Virus record (IMG/VR): IMGVR_UViG_3300037483_000793
Span: 1 to 64,000 of that record
DNA from: a virus
DNA length: 64,000 nt
Reading direction: 5' to 3' (one strand)
A model generated the notes under the pieces. It was not told the DNA's origin and searched no databases. It saw nothing but the letters and a program-made list of their open reading frames with translations. The translations under genes and the position numbers were made by a program. Positions 28,204-36,729 of this stretch are shown one piece after another; the stretch's first letter is position 1, and each line of letters starts with the position of its first letter.

Positions 28204-28698
28204 GTGCTCGTTGCAAGTTCAGCTGCTTGGCCCGAAGTGTGGTCGACACAAGCCGAGTTCGATCTGCAGCAGCGCTTGAACCGCTTGCCGTTCTACGCAC
28301 CTACAACAGGACTCGGCGACACGATCTCGGACATCCAAGCGCTACTGTCCAAGGGCAGTCAGATCCTCACGCAGGCGGGTCCGTATCTCGACACGGTCCT
28401 GGAGATTGTTCAGGACCCGGCGATGCCGCAGCTGATTGCACGCGTCAAGACGCTCAAGGCAGTCAGCGCAAAGTCGTCGACGCCGACTGCGCCTGGTACT
28501 GCACCTGCGCCAGGTGTCGGCCTCGCGCGGACGTTTCCGTTGTGGGACGCCGCGATCTGGTACACGAAATACCCGTGGGCGCCGTGGGCGATCGGCGCTG
28601 GTACGATCGTCGTGCTCGGCGGTCTCGGCTTCGGTATCGGTCGCTGGACGAAAAAGTGCCGCGCAGGCATGTCCGGCCGTTACCGCCGTCGGCGCTAA
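28204..28698 (+). CDS. C-terminally membrane-anchored protein (putative virion)
   Basis: Transmembrane segment WAIGAGTIVVLGGLGFGIG plus basic tail; GTG lies 6 nt after TAGGCT. Confidence 0.75.
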   Translation: MLVASSAAWPEVWSTQAEFDLQQRLNRLPFYAPTTGLGDTISDIQALLSKGSQILTQAGPYLDTVLEIVQDPAMPQLIARVKTLKAVSAKSSTPTAPGTAPAPGVGLARTFPLWDAAIWYTKYPWAPWAIGAGTIVVLGGLGFGIGRWTKKCRAGMSGRYRRRR

Positions 28699-29003
28699 GT
28701 CGGCCGCGTTCGCGTGCGCGGCGGAATCGGCGGTAGCGTCAGCGATTCAGGATCGTTGCTTGTGATCGGCGGCGATGGATCGATGATCGCTGTGATGCTC
28801 TCGTCGGATGTTCCCAGAAACTGCGCGACCGCACGCGCGGTCTCGTAGTCAACCTCGACGAACGCACGCTGTTGAATGCCCCAACGCGCAGCGAATACGA
28901 TGCGGTACTTGCGCGTGCTCGGGATCCGGACCAAGTCGAGGCTGTGGTACGGCGAGAGGTGCAGGATCAGGACGTCGTCACTAGGACGTTCGATCTCGGC
29001 CAT
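28695..29003 (-). CDS. hypothetical protein
   Basis: ATG at 29003 immediately after the upstream stop. Confidence 0.6.
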   Translation of the reverse strand: MAEIERPSDDVLILHLSPYHSLDLVRIPSTRKYRIVFAARWGIQQRAFVEVDYETARAVAQFLGTSDESITAIIDPSPPITSNDPESLTLPPIPPRTRTRPT

Positions 29004-29005
29004 GA

Positions 29006-29329
29006 CTACAACGGAGTGATCGTCGCCTGGACGGGGCGTGTCAGTGCGACTGGACAAGTACCCGTGACGATAATCTGCTCGCCCGTCGGGAAGCGGATCG
29101 TGAATTGACAGTTGTACGCAGGCGGGACGACTACAACTTCGGGGCTGTAGTTGTAGTACGGCCCCCAACTGCTGCGACGGTATCCGTAGCCGCCGCCATG
29201 ACCACCGTGGCCGTGGCCGCCACCGTGACCGCCACCGTGACCGCCGCCGTGGCCGCCACCGTGACCGCCGCCGCCGCCGTGACCACCGCCGCCACCGCCA
29301 TGAGGTCCACTGAGTGTCACTGCTAGCAT
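29006..29329 (-). CDS. Gly/His-rich protein
   Basis: MLAVTLSGPHGGGGGGHGGGGGHGGGHGGGH...YGYRRSSWGPYY; RBS GGAGAG. Confidence 0.7.
   Translation of the reverse strand: MLAVTLSGPHGGGGGGHGGGGGHGGGHGGGHGGGHGGGHGHGGHGGGYGYRRSSWGPYYNYSPEVVVVPPAYNCQFTIRFPTGEQIIVTGTCPVALTRPVQATITPL
29189..29302 (-). repeat. coding tandem repeat (GGGH)n
   Basis: Imperfect 12-bp repeats (GCCGCCACCGTG-like) on the + strand. Confidence 0.8.
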
Positions 29330-29340
29330 TGTGCTCTCCT

Positions 29341-29700
29341 TCAGGCTGCCAACGTATGCCGGAATTCGAGCGCGACGATCGCGACCGCGTTGGGTTCGGC
29401 CATGATCTTGAGCGCCGCGTTCGTTGTCGATCCCACAACGACGCCGTCGATCGCGACGCGCGGGAACGACCGCGGCGTCACGAACGTGCGCATCGATGGA
29501 TTGCACAGCAGGTAACGACACGCAGATGCATCGTCACCGAGCCGCACGCCGCGTTCGATGTAGATACGAAGCGGACCGCGCACGCTGTCCTTGAGCAGCG
29601 CATCGCGGTCCAGTGTTACCTCGCCGCCCTCTGCGTCAGCGACGACGCTGTACTTCAGGAGGTTCGGCGTTGCGCCTTCACGTTTGACTAGGAGCCCCAC
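29341..29700 (-). CDS. putative structural protein (paralog of 29714-30175)
   Basis: GATPNLLKYSVVADAEGG resembles ATGNRLTYLLAQDGQAG; ends LEFRHTL. Confidence 0.6.
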   Translation of the reverse strand: MGLLVKREGATPNLLKYSVVADAEGGEVTLDRDALLKDSVRGPLRIYIERGVRLGDDASACRYLLCNPSMRTFVTPRSFPRVAIDGVVVGSTTNAALKIMAEPNAVAIVALEFRHTLAA

Positions 29701-29713
29701 GGCCCCAAGCCTA

Positions 29714-30175
29714 TCAGACTCCGATGGCGCCGGGGACTTCGATGTCGAGCATGACCGACGCGGCGGCAGCGGGTGCCGTGATCGCGAGGACCATGTTGTT
29801 GCCGCTGACGTTGGCGTCGACCTGCCAGTTGTCGGCAACCGCACCGCCGCGGTCGGTGATGCCCGCACGCGCCGTCGGGTACGCACCCGAGTTGGCCGCA
29901 GTCGAGCCCGACGGAGACGCGCCCGAGTAGTCCGAGAGTAGAACGGCGCGAGCCTTGGCCTGCGTCATTGGCGTCGCGATCGCGCCGAAGCCTTCCGCGT
30001 TGGCCTTCGCGATCCGGCGCATTGCGCCGTTGCGACCGGCCGTGTCGGTCACCAGGTCCGGCGACGCAGCGCCAGTCGAGGTGATGTTGAGGGCGGTACC
30101 AGCTTGACCATCCTGCGCGAGCAGGTACGTGAGGCGGTTGCCGGTGGCGCGAACGAGGGTAGCAGTGACAGCCAT
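29714..30175 (-). CDS. putative structural protein, A/G/T-rich
   Basis: RBS GGAGA before ATG 30175; virion-like composition. Confidence 0.75.
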   Translation of the reverse strand: MAVTATLVRATGNRLTYLLAQDGQAGTALNITSTGAASPDLVTDTAGRNGAMRRIAKANAEGFGAIATPMTQAKARAVLLSDYSGASPSGSTAANSGAYPTARAGITDRGGAVADNWQVDANVSGNNMVLAITAPAAAASVMLDIEVPGAIGV

Positions 30176-30240
30176 ATTGATTCTCCTGTGCCGTGGCCGG
30201 ACTCGGGACATCCGAGTGAGGTGATCCCAAAGCTACCGGC

Positions 30241-30256
30241 GATCGCTCGCGCGATC
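30241..30256. promoter_or_regulatory. palindromic site GATCGC-N4-GCGATC
   Basis: GATCGCTCGCGCGATC between divergent genes. Confidence 0.65.
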
Positions 30257-30286
30257 AAGGTCGGGTTCAGTGGTAGTATCGCGGAC

Positions 30287-30688
30287 ATGGCGAAGATGCC
30301 CAGCCAACGTGAGTACGAAGAGCGTGAGATCCGTGAAGCGCGGCATCACCTTGACGAGGTCAAGAAAGCCTCGCTTGCCGATCGCAAAGAAGCGCAAGCG
30401 GCATTCTTGGCAGCGATGCAGCATCACCCACGCCGCGTCGGCGAACGTGTCAGCTGGCTGCTCGACGGCAACTACGGCTACGGTTCGATGATCCTCGCCA
30501 AGCAGATCTTGCACAGTCCACGTATGAACCGCGTCGCTGCACTCACGCAGATGATCGGTGCATTCGAGTGGCAGTCGCCCGAAGAGATGACGCGTCAAGC
30601 GTGGAAGCGGCTGTCGGCCGGTGAGAAACACGAGCTGGCGCGCGCGGTCGAGCACGCGATCGAGCAAGCCGAGAACAACGAAGACTAG
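30287..30688 (+). CDS. hypothetical protein
   Basis: ATG lies 7 nt after TAGTAT; typical codon usage. Confidence 0.7.
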   Translation: MAKMPSQREYEEREIREARHHLDEVKKASLADRKEAQAAFLAAMQHHPRRVGERVSWLLDGNYGYGSMILAKQILHSPRMNRVAALTQMIGAFEWQSPEEMTRQAWKRLSAGEKHELARAVEHAIEQAENNED

Positions 30689-31257
30689 CCGCTGTTCTTC
30701 GCGAACGACGACGGCACAAACAGGTCTTCGAGGCGACGCGGAAATAACACGCGCGGCGTTTCGCGCACGGCCAGTTCGGCGGCTGCGGCGCACGTCTGTC
30801 GCAGCACGTGGCACACCGGCACGTGCGGGTAGTTGAGCGCGTAGCGTCGCTGCAGGTAGGGCCCACCCGTGAAACCGCGCTCGATGCCGACGACGAGACG
30901 CGCGAGACCGACGCTCGACTTCACGGTCCACTCACCGAGGTCGAAACGTATCTGCGCACCGTAGGCGCGGTTGCACCGATGGCTGACTTCGCGTGCGCAC
31001 CAGAACAGGATCACGCCGTCGCGAGCTGCACGATCGATACAGACCTGCTCCCACGCGAGGTGCCGCTCGACACCGCCATCGAAGTTCGCGCCGCGCGGCG
31101 ATGCGACGTGAACATCCGGTGCGAGATCGCCGAGAATTTTGATCGCTTCGGTCTGCCAAGCAACCGCGCCCTGGATCGGTCCCGCGAGGTAGATCAGCGG
31201 ACCGTCGAGCGTCTCGATCGCGTCCTGCTTTGGCGCGGTGATCACGCGGCGCGACAT
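30685..31257 (-). CDS. nucleoside 2-deoxyribosyltransferase-like protein
   Basis: IYLAGPIQGAVAWQ, WEQ..ID, ILFW motifs. Confidence 0.7.
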   Translation of the reverse strand: MSRRVITAPKQDAIETLDGPLIYLAGPIQGAVAWQTEAIKILGDLAPDVHVASPRGANFDGGVERHLAWEQVCIDRAARDGVILFWCAREVSHRCNRAYGAQIRFDLGEWTVKSSVGLARLVVGIERGFTGGPYLQRRYALNYPHVPVCHVLRQTCAAAAELAVRETPRVLFPRRLEDLFVPSSFAKNSG

Positions 31258-31299
31258 CTTCAGATAATAGCACTGGCAGTCACGGCCCGTCGGTGCATC

Positions 31300-31315
31300 G
31301 ATCGCTCGCGCGATC
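31300..31315. promoter_or_regulatory. palindromic site GATCGC-N4-GCGATC
   Basis: GATCGCTCGCGCGATC between divergent genes. Confidence 0.65.
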
Positions 31316-31344
31316 GGTCGCAATCGCGGTACGCTCAGACGCCC

Positions 31345-31926
31345 ATGCTTGCAGCAGCACACCTAGGCGATGTCGAACCCTACCAGCAAATCGCGAAGTA
31401 CAGCTGTGGTGCCGCCACGCTCAGGTCCGTGCTCAAGCACTGGGGCGAGACCGTCAGCGAACGAACGCTGATCCGCGAGATCGGCATCGACCCCGAACAG
31501 GGCTCGACTGCGCTCCAGGTTGCGGGCGCCGCCCGGCAACGTGGCTATCAAGCACAGGTCAAGCAGTTCGGCTCGCTCGAAGAGCTGAGCGCGTACACCA
31601 ACCGCAACGTTCCCGTGATCGTCGCGATGCGCAGCTTCACGAAGCCGAACCAGGGCCACTTCCTTGTCGCGACGAAGGTTGGCACCCACATCGACCTGAT
31701 GGACCCCAACGTCAAAGGAAACAAGCGCACGCTGTCACGGCGCGAGATGTTGTCGCGCTGGGCGTTCCGCGATCGCGTCGGTGTGATCGTCACACCCAAA
31801 TCCAAAACGGCTCAGCTCGGCGAGGTGACCAAGAAGACGATCACGTACGCGATTGTCGGCGTCGTGCTCGCGATCGCCGCGGCGACGACTGGTGTCGTGT
31901 TGTGGCGCCGCAAGCGCGCGAGCTAA
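31345..31926 (+). CDS. C39-like cysteine peptidase with C-terminal membrane anchor
   Basis: QQ....SCGAATL..VL (Cys), GHFLV (His), MDPN (Asp); transmembrane segment IVGVVLAIAAATTGVVLW then RRKR. Confidence 0.85.
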   Translation: MLAAAHLGDVEPYQQIAKYSCGAATLRSVLKHWGETVSERTLIREIGIDPEQGSTALQVAGAARQRGYQAQVKQFGSLEELSAYTNRNVPVIVAMRSFTKPNQGHFLVATKVGTHIDLMDPNVKGNKRTLSRREMLSRWAFRDRVGVIVTPKSKTAQLGEVTKKTITYAIVGVVLAIAAATTGVVLWRRKRAS

Positions 31927-32189
31927 TTCTGGCTCGTGTCTGTACCGCACGCACGACACCGGAAGTGTACGCGGTCACCAAGATTTCCCAGGATCTGTTG
32001 ATGACCGCCGCACAGCGGACATTGCGGTGTGACTGCGTCGACGATGTCTTCATCGAACGCGACGAGCCGATCGTCGTACAGCGCTTCGAGGACTTCGGGC
32101 GTCGCCGTCGGATGCAGTTTGCGAAAGTCTTCGAGTGTCATGACTTCGAGCGCGTTACGTTCGGCACGTGTCTTCGGCTTGCACGTCAC
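31923..32189 (-). CDS. hypothetical Zn-ribbon protein
   Basis: CPLC...CRAC. Confidence 0.7.
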   Translation of the reverse strand: MTCKPKTRAERNALEVMTLEDFRKLHPTATPEVLEALYDDRLVAFDEDIVDAVTPQCPLCGGHQQILGNLGDRVHFRCRACGTDTSQN

Positions 32190-32746
32190 GACGGAAACTC
32201 CACGCTGAACAGGTTGAGCCCGTTCCGTGCACAGAACTTATCCGCGAGCTTAACGACCAGCTCGGGGTCCTTGCGCATCTCACGGCCGTTGAGCAGCAAC
32301 ATGTCACGTCCATCGGCGCCGATACTGTAGACGTTGACCGTGTACCGGTCGCCCTTGCGGCGCGTGCCGTAGCTGACGTCCGACGGATCACGGTGCCGCA
32401 CGACACGCGCCGTGACCCGAAGCGCTTCGACGTCGGTCAGCGGATCGACCTCGGTCCCGAACACGTGAGCTTCCGAGAACCGGCCGTTCTGTTTCACGAA
32501 CCACTCGGGCGGCGCGAGCGGCTTGACGAGGAGCCCAAGGAACCCATGCTCGGTGAAGTAGCCGACGACGCGCGACGCGCGCAGTCGGTTGATCCGGACA
32601 TTGACGATGTCACCGATCGCGGGAACGTCGAACGTCAGATTCGACCACTTGATGCCGGTCGGGATTTCGTCGCGCGGCGTGTCCTGCTTTGCCAGGTAGC
32701 GGATGTGTGCGGGGACGGTCGATAGTTGGCGGTAGGCGGTGGTCAT
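32186..32746 (-). CDS. hypothetical protein
   Basis: Overlapping start/stop junctions in the leftward operon. Confidence 0.7.
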   Translation of the reverse strand: MTTAYRQLSTVPAHIRYLAKQDTPRDEIPTGIKWSNLTFDVPAIGDIVNVRINRLRASRVVGYFTEHGFLGLLVKPLAPPEWFVKQNGRFSEAHVFGTEVDPLTDVEALRVTARVVRHRDPSDVSYGTRRKGDRYTVNVYSIGADGRDMLLLNGREMRKDPELVVKLADKFCARNGLNLFSVEFPS

Positions 32747-33060
32747 GGCTTCTCCTTGATGGCAGGCAGGTCAGAGGCATCGAACGCGTAGGTCCGAACG
32801 ACGTACTTGGTGACGTAGCGCTCCGTGGCGCCGCCGGACAGGTACACGAACTCGTTGTCGGAGATCTCGTAGAGCACCGCGGTGCGGCCGTCGGTCTCGA
32901 TGAACTGCCGCAGGAGTGCCACGTCGATCGCGTTCGCGGCTCTGTGGTCGTTGGTGACGTTGTCGATTTCGATTCTGCGAATCGTCGTCGCAGCGTCGAG
33001 GATTGCTGCGATCCACGCACGTCCGGCCTTGGTGCGGGCCCTGTACTCGAACGGGGCCAT
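32743..33060 (-). CDS. hypothetical protein
   Basis: ATG at 33060 adjacent to the upstream stop; ATGA overlap downstream. Confidence 0.65.
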   Translation of the reverse strand: MAPFEYRARTKAGRAWIAAILDAATTIRRIEIDNVTNDHRAANAIDVALLRQFIETDGRTAVLYEISDNEFVYLSGGATERYVTKYVVRTYAFDASDLPAIKEKP

Positions 33061-33062
33061 CC

Positions 33063-33866
33063 TCACGACGCCGCCCCAGCGAGCGCGAGTGCGCGCTGTG
33101 CGACCGCGAGACCCGCACGGCGACACGCTGCGTGGTGCGCCCGCGCGGCGAATGCACGCACCGTGTTGTCGCAGTAGCCCTGCCAGTGCGCGAGCAGTCG
33201 CTCGGCGCTGGTGATCGTCTCGTCGGCAGCGATGCTGTGCTCACCGAACGGCCCACCCTTGAACACGAAATAGCTGTCGACGAGCCAGCAACCGAGCCGG
33301 AACCGCTCAGGCATGCTTTCGGGGCCGTCCATGTCGAAGAAGCCGAGCGCGCGGCCGTCGACAGCGACGCCCGAGTGACCAAAGTTGCGGGTGACGGTGA
33401 TGCGTGCAGCGAGCTTGGGTGCCTTCATGACGACGATCTCCTTCTTGGTGGTGACGGGAACGAGCACGAGAGCGCGAACAGCGACCGCGCGAAGAGTGCG
33501 GCGCAGCGACTGACGAACGAGGCGCGCGACCTTGCGCGCCGCGGAAACGGCCTGCGCCTTGCGCAGTGCAGCTTGCGTCGCGAGCGCACGAGCAACCGCG
33601 CGACCGATCGACGCGAGGGCGGCGAAGCCCGCACGGGCGAGGTTTCGGGCCGTGCGGGGCGCCGCAGCGACGGGCAGCGGCAGACCCGCGCGAGCAGCCT
33701 GCAGGCGACGGAGCGCGCGCTCCGAGGCCTTTGCACGGCGCCAGGCGACAGCCTCGGTCTCCGCGGCCTCTTCGGCACGAATCGTCGCGTCCCACTCACG
33801 CTCCATCTGACGCACGAGGCACATGTTGATCCGAGCGGCCGGGGCGAGCTGCGAAATCTTCATCAT
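33063..33866 (-). CDS. hypothetical protein, Ala/Arg-rich N-half, possible internal in-frame start at 33428
   Basis: First gene after the leftward control region; internal AAGGAG-N9-ATG. Confidence 0.6.
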   Translation of the reverse strand: MMKISQLAPAARINMCLVRQMEREWDATIRAEEAAETEAVAWRRAKASERALRRLQAARAGLPLPVAAAPRTARNLARAGFAALASIGRAVARALATQAALRKAQAVSAARKVARLVRQSLRRTLRAVAVRALVLVPVTTKKEIVVMKAPKLAARITVTRNFGHSGVAVDGRALGFFDMDGPESMPERFRLGCWLVDSYFVFKGGPFGEHSIAADETITSAERLLAHWQGYCDNTVRAFAARAHHAACRRAGLAVAQRALALAGAAS

Positions 33867-33895
33867 GGTGAACGACAGACGATCGACCGGCGCGG

Positions 33896-33920
33896 CTATT
33901 CAACAAAGCAAGAGTAAGTT
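33896..33920 (-). repeat. inverted copy of the early-promoter repeat AACTTACTCTTGCTTTGT(T)GAATAG
   Basis: Reverse complement matches 34074-34097 with a one-base insertion. Confidence 0.8.
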
Positions 33921-34073
33921 GAGAACGATCCCGGAAGCGATCTTTCCCTTATAAGGTGGGTTTCCTCGGAAAGGCCCCTAGAAACGTCCCATGCAGGACG
34001 TCCCGGCGAGCAGATCCCGAGCCAGGACCCACGGGACGTCCCTGGAAAGACCCTGGATTTACCCATACTTAGC

Positions 34074-34112
34074 AACTTACTCTTGCTTTGTGAATAGACC
34101 GGACGCTACAAC
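34074..34112 (+). promoter_or_regulatory. putative early promoter
   Basis: TTGCTT-N18-TACAAC within the repeated element. Confidence 0.6.
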
Positions 34113-34126
34113 GTCTCAAAGGCACC

Positions 34127-36100
34127 ATGCGCAACAACTACCCCGGAAGCTGCCAGGTCTGCAAAACCCGCGTCGCGGCCCAGGCCGGTGAGGCCCTCAA
34201 GATCGACGGTCGCTGGGCGGTCCTCTGCTCGGCCCACACGGGCGGCACCACGGCCGCCGCAGCGGTCATGGCCCTGGTGATCCGGATCTGGGTCGCGGCG
34301 GGCCGCGTGCTGTGCGCGCCGGTCAGCCGTCTGAACGGCTCGTTCGACAAGTACCTCGCGGCGTCCCGCGCGGTGGGCTTCACCTACAGCAAGGCTGACA
34401 ACGCGCAGGTCGGTAGCCTCGACCGCGCGCACGAACTGACGGCCACGCTCCGTGCCGCGGGCTTCACCTGCGATGTCGCGCCCGAGTTGATTGCCTCACT
34501 GCAGGCACGCAGCGCTCGCGCGCACGGCGAAGTCGCAGCAGCCAACAGCCGCGCCGCTGAGATCGACGCGTTGCTGCGCCAGACCGGCAAGTCGCTGTTC
34601 CCGTTCCAAGGCACAGGCATCAACTGGATTGCGCCACGTACCAAGGCCGTGCTCGGTGACGACATGGGGCTCGGCAAGACGGTGCAGGCGCTGTGCGCTG
34701 CGCCGGTTGGCGCCCCGATCGTCGTGGTCTGTCCCGCTGTCGCCAAGGGCGTGTGGGTCCGCGAGGCGAAGCGTTTCCGCCCCGATCTGACGCCGGTCGC
34801 ACTCGACGGTCGCGGTTCGTTTCGCTGGGCACAGCCAGGCGAGATGATCATCGTCAACTACGACATTCTTCCCGGCGAGAAGGCCGCGCGTAAGGGCTTC
34901 CCCGCGACACTGCCCGCTGACCTCGTGGTCGCGCCGAAGGGCACCGTGCTGATCGCGGACGAGGCACACGCACTCAAGACCAGCGACACGCACCGCACCA
35001 GCCAGTTCCGCGCGCTGCGCCAGTCGACGCTCGCCGCTGACGGTCGCGTGTGGCTGCTGACGGCGACGCCGCTGCTCAACCGTCCGCAGGAGCTGTGGGC
35101 TGTCATGCAGGCGATGGACGCGGGCCGCGAAGTGTTCGGCAGCTACGACAACTACAAGCGCATGTGGAACGCTGAGACGGGCGCGTACGGCCAGACGATC
35201 TGGGGTCGCCCGTCGCCCGAAGTCGCGAAGTGCGTGCAGTCCATCATGCTTCGCCGCATCAAGGCGGAAGTCCTCACCGAGCTGCCGGAGAAGATCGTCC
35301 GCGACGTCGAGGTCAACGGCCTGTCGGCATCGACCAAGAAGCTGTGCGACGCAGCGCTCAATGCGCTCGACGCGGCGGGCATCGACCTCGACGCGGCGCT
35401 CAAGCTCGCGATGGATACGGCTGAGGCACGGCTCGCGTTCGAGCAGCTGTCCAAGGCGCGCGCCGCGCTCGCCGCCGTCAAGCTCAACGCCGCAATCGAG
35501 ATGGTCGAGGCGTTCGAAGACGCCGAGGAGCCCGTGGTCGTGTTCAGCGCACACCGCGCCGCGATCGACGTGCTGGCGACCCGCGAGGGCTGGGCCACCA
35601 TCACGGGTGACACCGCTGCTCACAAGCGCACCGAGATCGAGGATGCGTTCCAGGCGGGCAAGCTCAAGGGTGTCGCCTGCACCATCAAGGCGGGCGGCGT
35701 TGCCATCACGCTGACCAAGGCCTGCAACGAGATCTTCATCGACGAAGAGTGGACACCCGCCCTCAACGCGCAGGCGCAGGATCGCTGCTACCGCATCGGC
35801 CAGTCGCGCGGCGTCGTCGTCACCCGCCTGGTGGCCGCACACGCACTCGACCGCCGTATCGCAGCACTGCTTGCCGTCAAGACCGAGATGATCAGCAGCT
35901 CGATCGACGCAGCACGCCGCGGTGCGACCGAGGTCGTCACCACCGACATCCCGGCGGTCGATGCTGTGGCGCTCGCGGCCGACGCCACGCGCATCCAGAC
36001 CGCGCGTGACACGCTCGCGGCTGCGACGGCCCCGCTCGCGGCGATGCTGCAGCCCGCTGCAGACATCGAGATCGCAGTCAGCACGGAGTGCCCGTTTTGA
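34127..36100 (+). CDS. SNF2-family helicase (SMARCAL1/HARP-like)
   Basis: LGDDMGLGKT, IADEAH, LTATP, MLRRIK, QAQDRCYRIGQ; N-terminal CxxC...C..H. Confidence 0.9.
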   Translation: MRNNYPGSCQVCKTRVAAQAGEALKIDGRWAVLCSAHTGGTTAAAAVMALVIRIWVAAGRVLCAPVSRLNGSFDKYLAASRAVGFTYSKADNAQVGSLDRAHELTATLRAAGFTCDVAPELIASLQARSARAHGEVAAANSRAAEIDALLRQTGKSLFPFQGTGINWIAPRTKAVLGDDMGLGKTVQALCAAPVGAPIVVVCPAVAKGVWVREAKRFRPDLTPVALDGRGSFRWAQPGEMIIVNYDILPGEKAARKGFPATLPADLVVAPKGTVLIADEAHALKTSDTHRTSQFRALRQSTLAADGRVWLLTATPLLNRPQELWAVMQAMDAGREVFGSYDNYKRMWNAETGAYGQTIWGRPSPEVAKCVQSIMLRRIKAEVLTELPEKIVRDVEVNGLSASTKKLCDAALNALDAAGIDLDAALKLAMDTAEARLAFEQLSKARAALAAVKLNAAIEMVEAFEDAEEPVVVFSAHRAAIDVLATREGWATITGDTAAHKRTEIEDAFQAGKLKGVACTIKAGGVAITLTKACNEIFIDEEWTPALNAQAQDRCYRIGQSRGVVVTRLVAAHALDRRIAALLAVKTEMISSSIDAARRGATEVVTTDIPAVDAVALAADATRIQTARDTLAAATAPLAAMLQPAADIEIAVSTECPF

Positions 36101-36321
36101 TGGCACCCGGCGACGGATTCGACGCTGAGCTGCTGCAGCGTCCGCTCGCGCAGAAGATCATTCGCGCGCTCAGCGACTTGGAAAGCTCGTTGATCTACGC
36201 CAAGAGCTACTGCCCCGTCGAGCAAGCAAAGCAACACGAAGCGCGCGAGACACTCCGTCACCTGCGCGAGACCTGTCCGACCGTTTACAGAGCCGTCATG
36301 CGACGGCTCGGAAAGAGCTAA
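36100..36321 (+). CDS. hypothetical protein
   Basis: TGATG overlap. Confidence 0.6.
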   Translation: MAPGDGFDAELLQRPLAQKIIRALSDLESSLIYAKSYCPVEQAKQHEARETLRHLRETCPTVYRAVMRRLGKS

Positions 36322-36323
36322 CG

Positions 36324-36677
36324 ATGCGTGAACGTGAAGTAGGCGGATACGAGCCCGACGACAAAGAGCAGCACGAGCTGTTCAAGTTGTGGCACATGTC
36401 GCGGACGGCGATTGCGTTGCCCGGCCCCGAGCGTCAAGCGCTGTTCGACAAGCACGGCGGTGAGCGCGGCGCACGCATCGCGTGGATTGTCGACGAGTTC
36501 CTGAAGGCGCACGCGGGCGAGCCCAACGTCGCGCGCAAGTGGATCTACGTCTGGTGCGAAGCCGTGCTCGGCCGTCCCATCGAAGCGCGTACAGTGACGA
36601 TGACAGACGCGTGGGGACACAAGCGTGTCGTCGGCGGATTCGGCGACGTCGGGATCGCCAAACCGCGCCGCAAGTAA
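36324..36677 (+). CDS. hypothetical protein
   Basis: Operon packing. Confidence 0.65.
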   Translation: MREREVGGYEPDDKEQHELFKLWHMSRTAIALPGPERQALFDKHGGERGARIAWIVDEFLKAHAGEPNVARKWIYVWCEAVLGRPIEARTVTMTDAWGHKRVVGGFGDVGIAKPRRK

Positions 36678-36710
36678 CTCTTGCTTTGTGAATATGGACC
36701 ACGCTACAAG
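36677..36710 (+). promoter_or_regulatory. putative early promoter (third copy of the repeat)
   Basis: ACTCTTGCTTTGTGAATA; TTGCTT-N18-TACAAG. Confidence 0.6.
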
Positions 36711-36729
36711 CGTCTACTCGGTGAACACC

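Noticed and set aside
31258-31362. MCCCKHG... N-terminal extension of the 30685 ORF
   Set aside because: It overlaps the divergent promoter/operator and the C39 start; ATG 31257, with TATTAT 6 nt upstream, is the better start.
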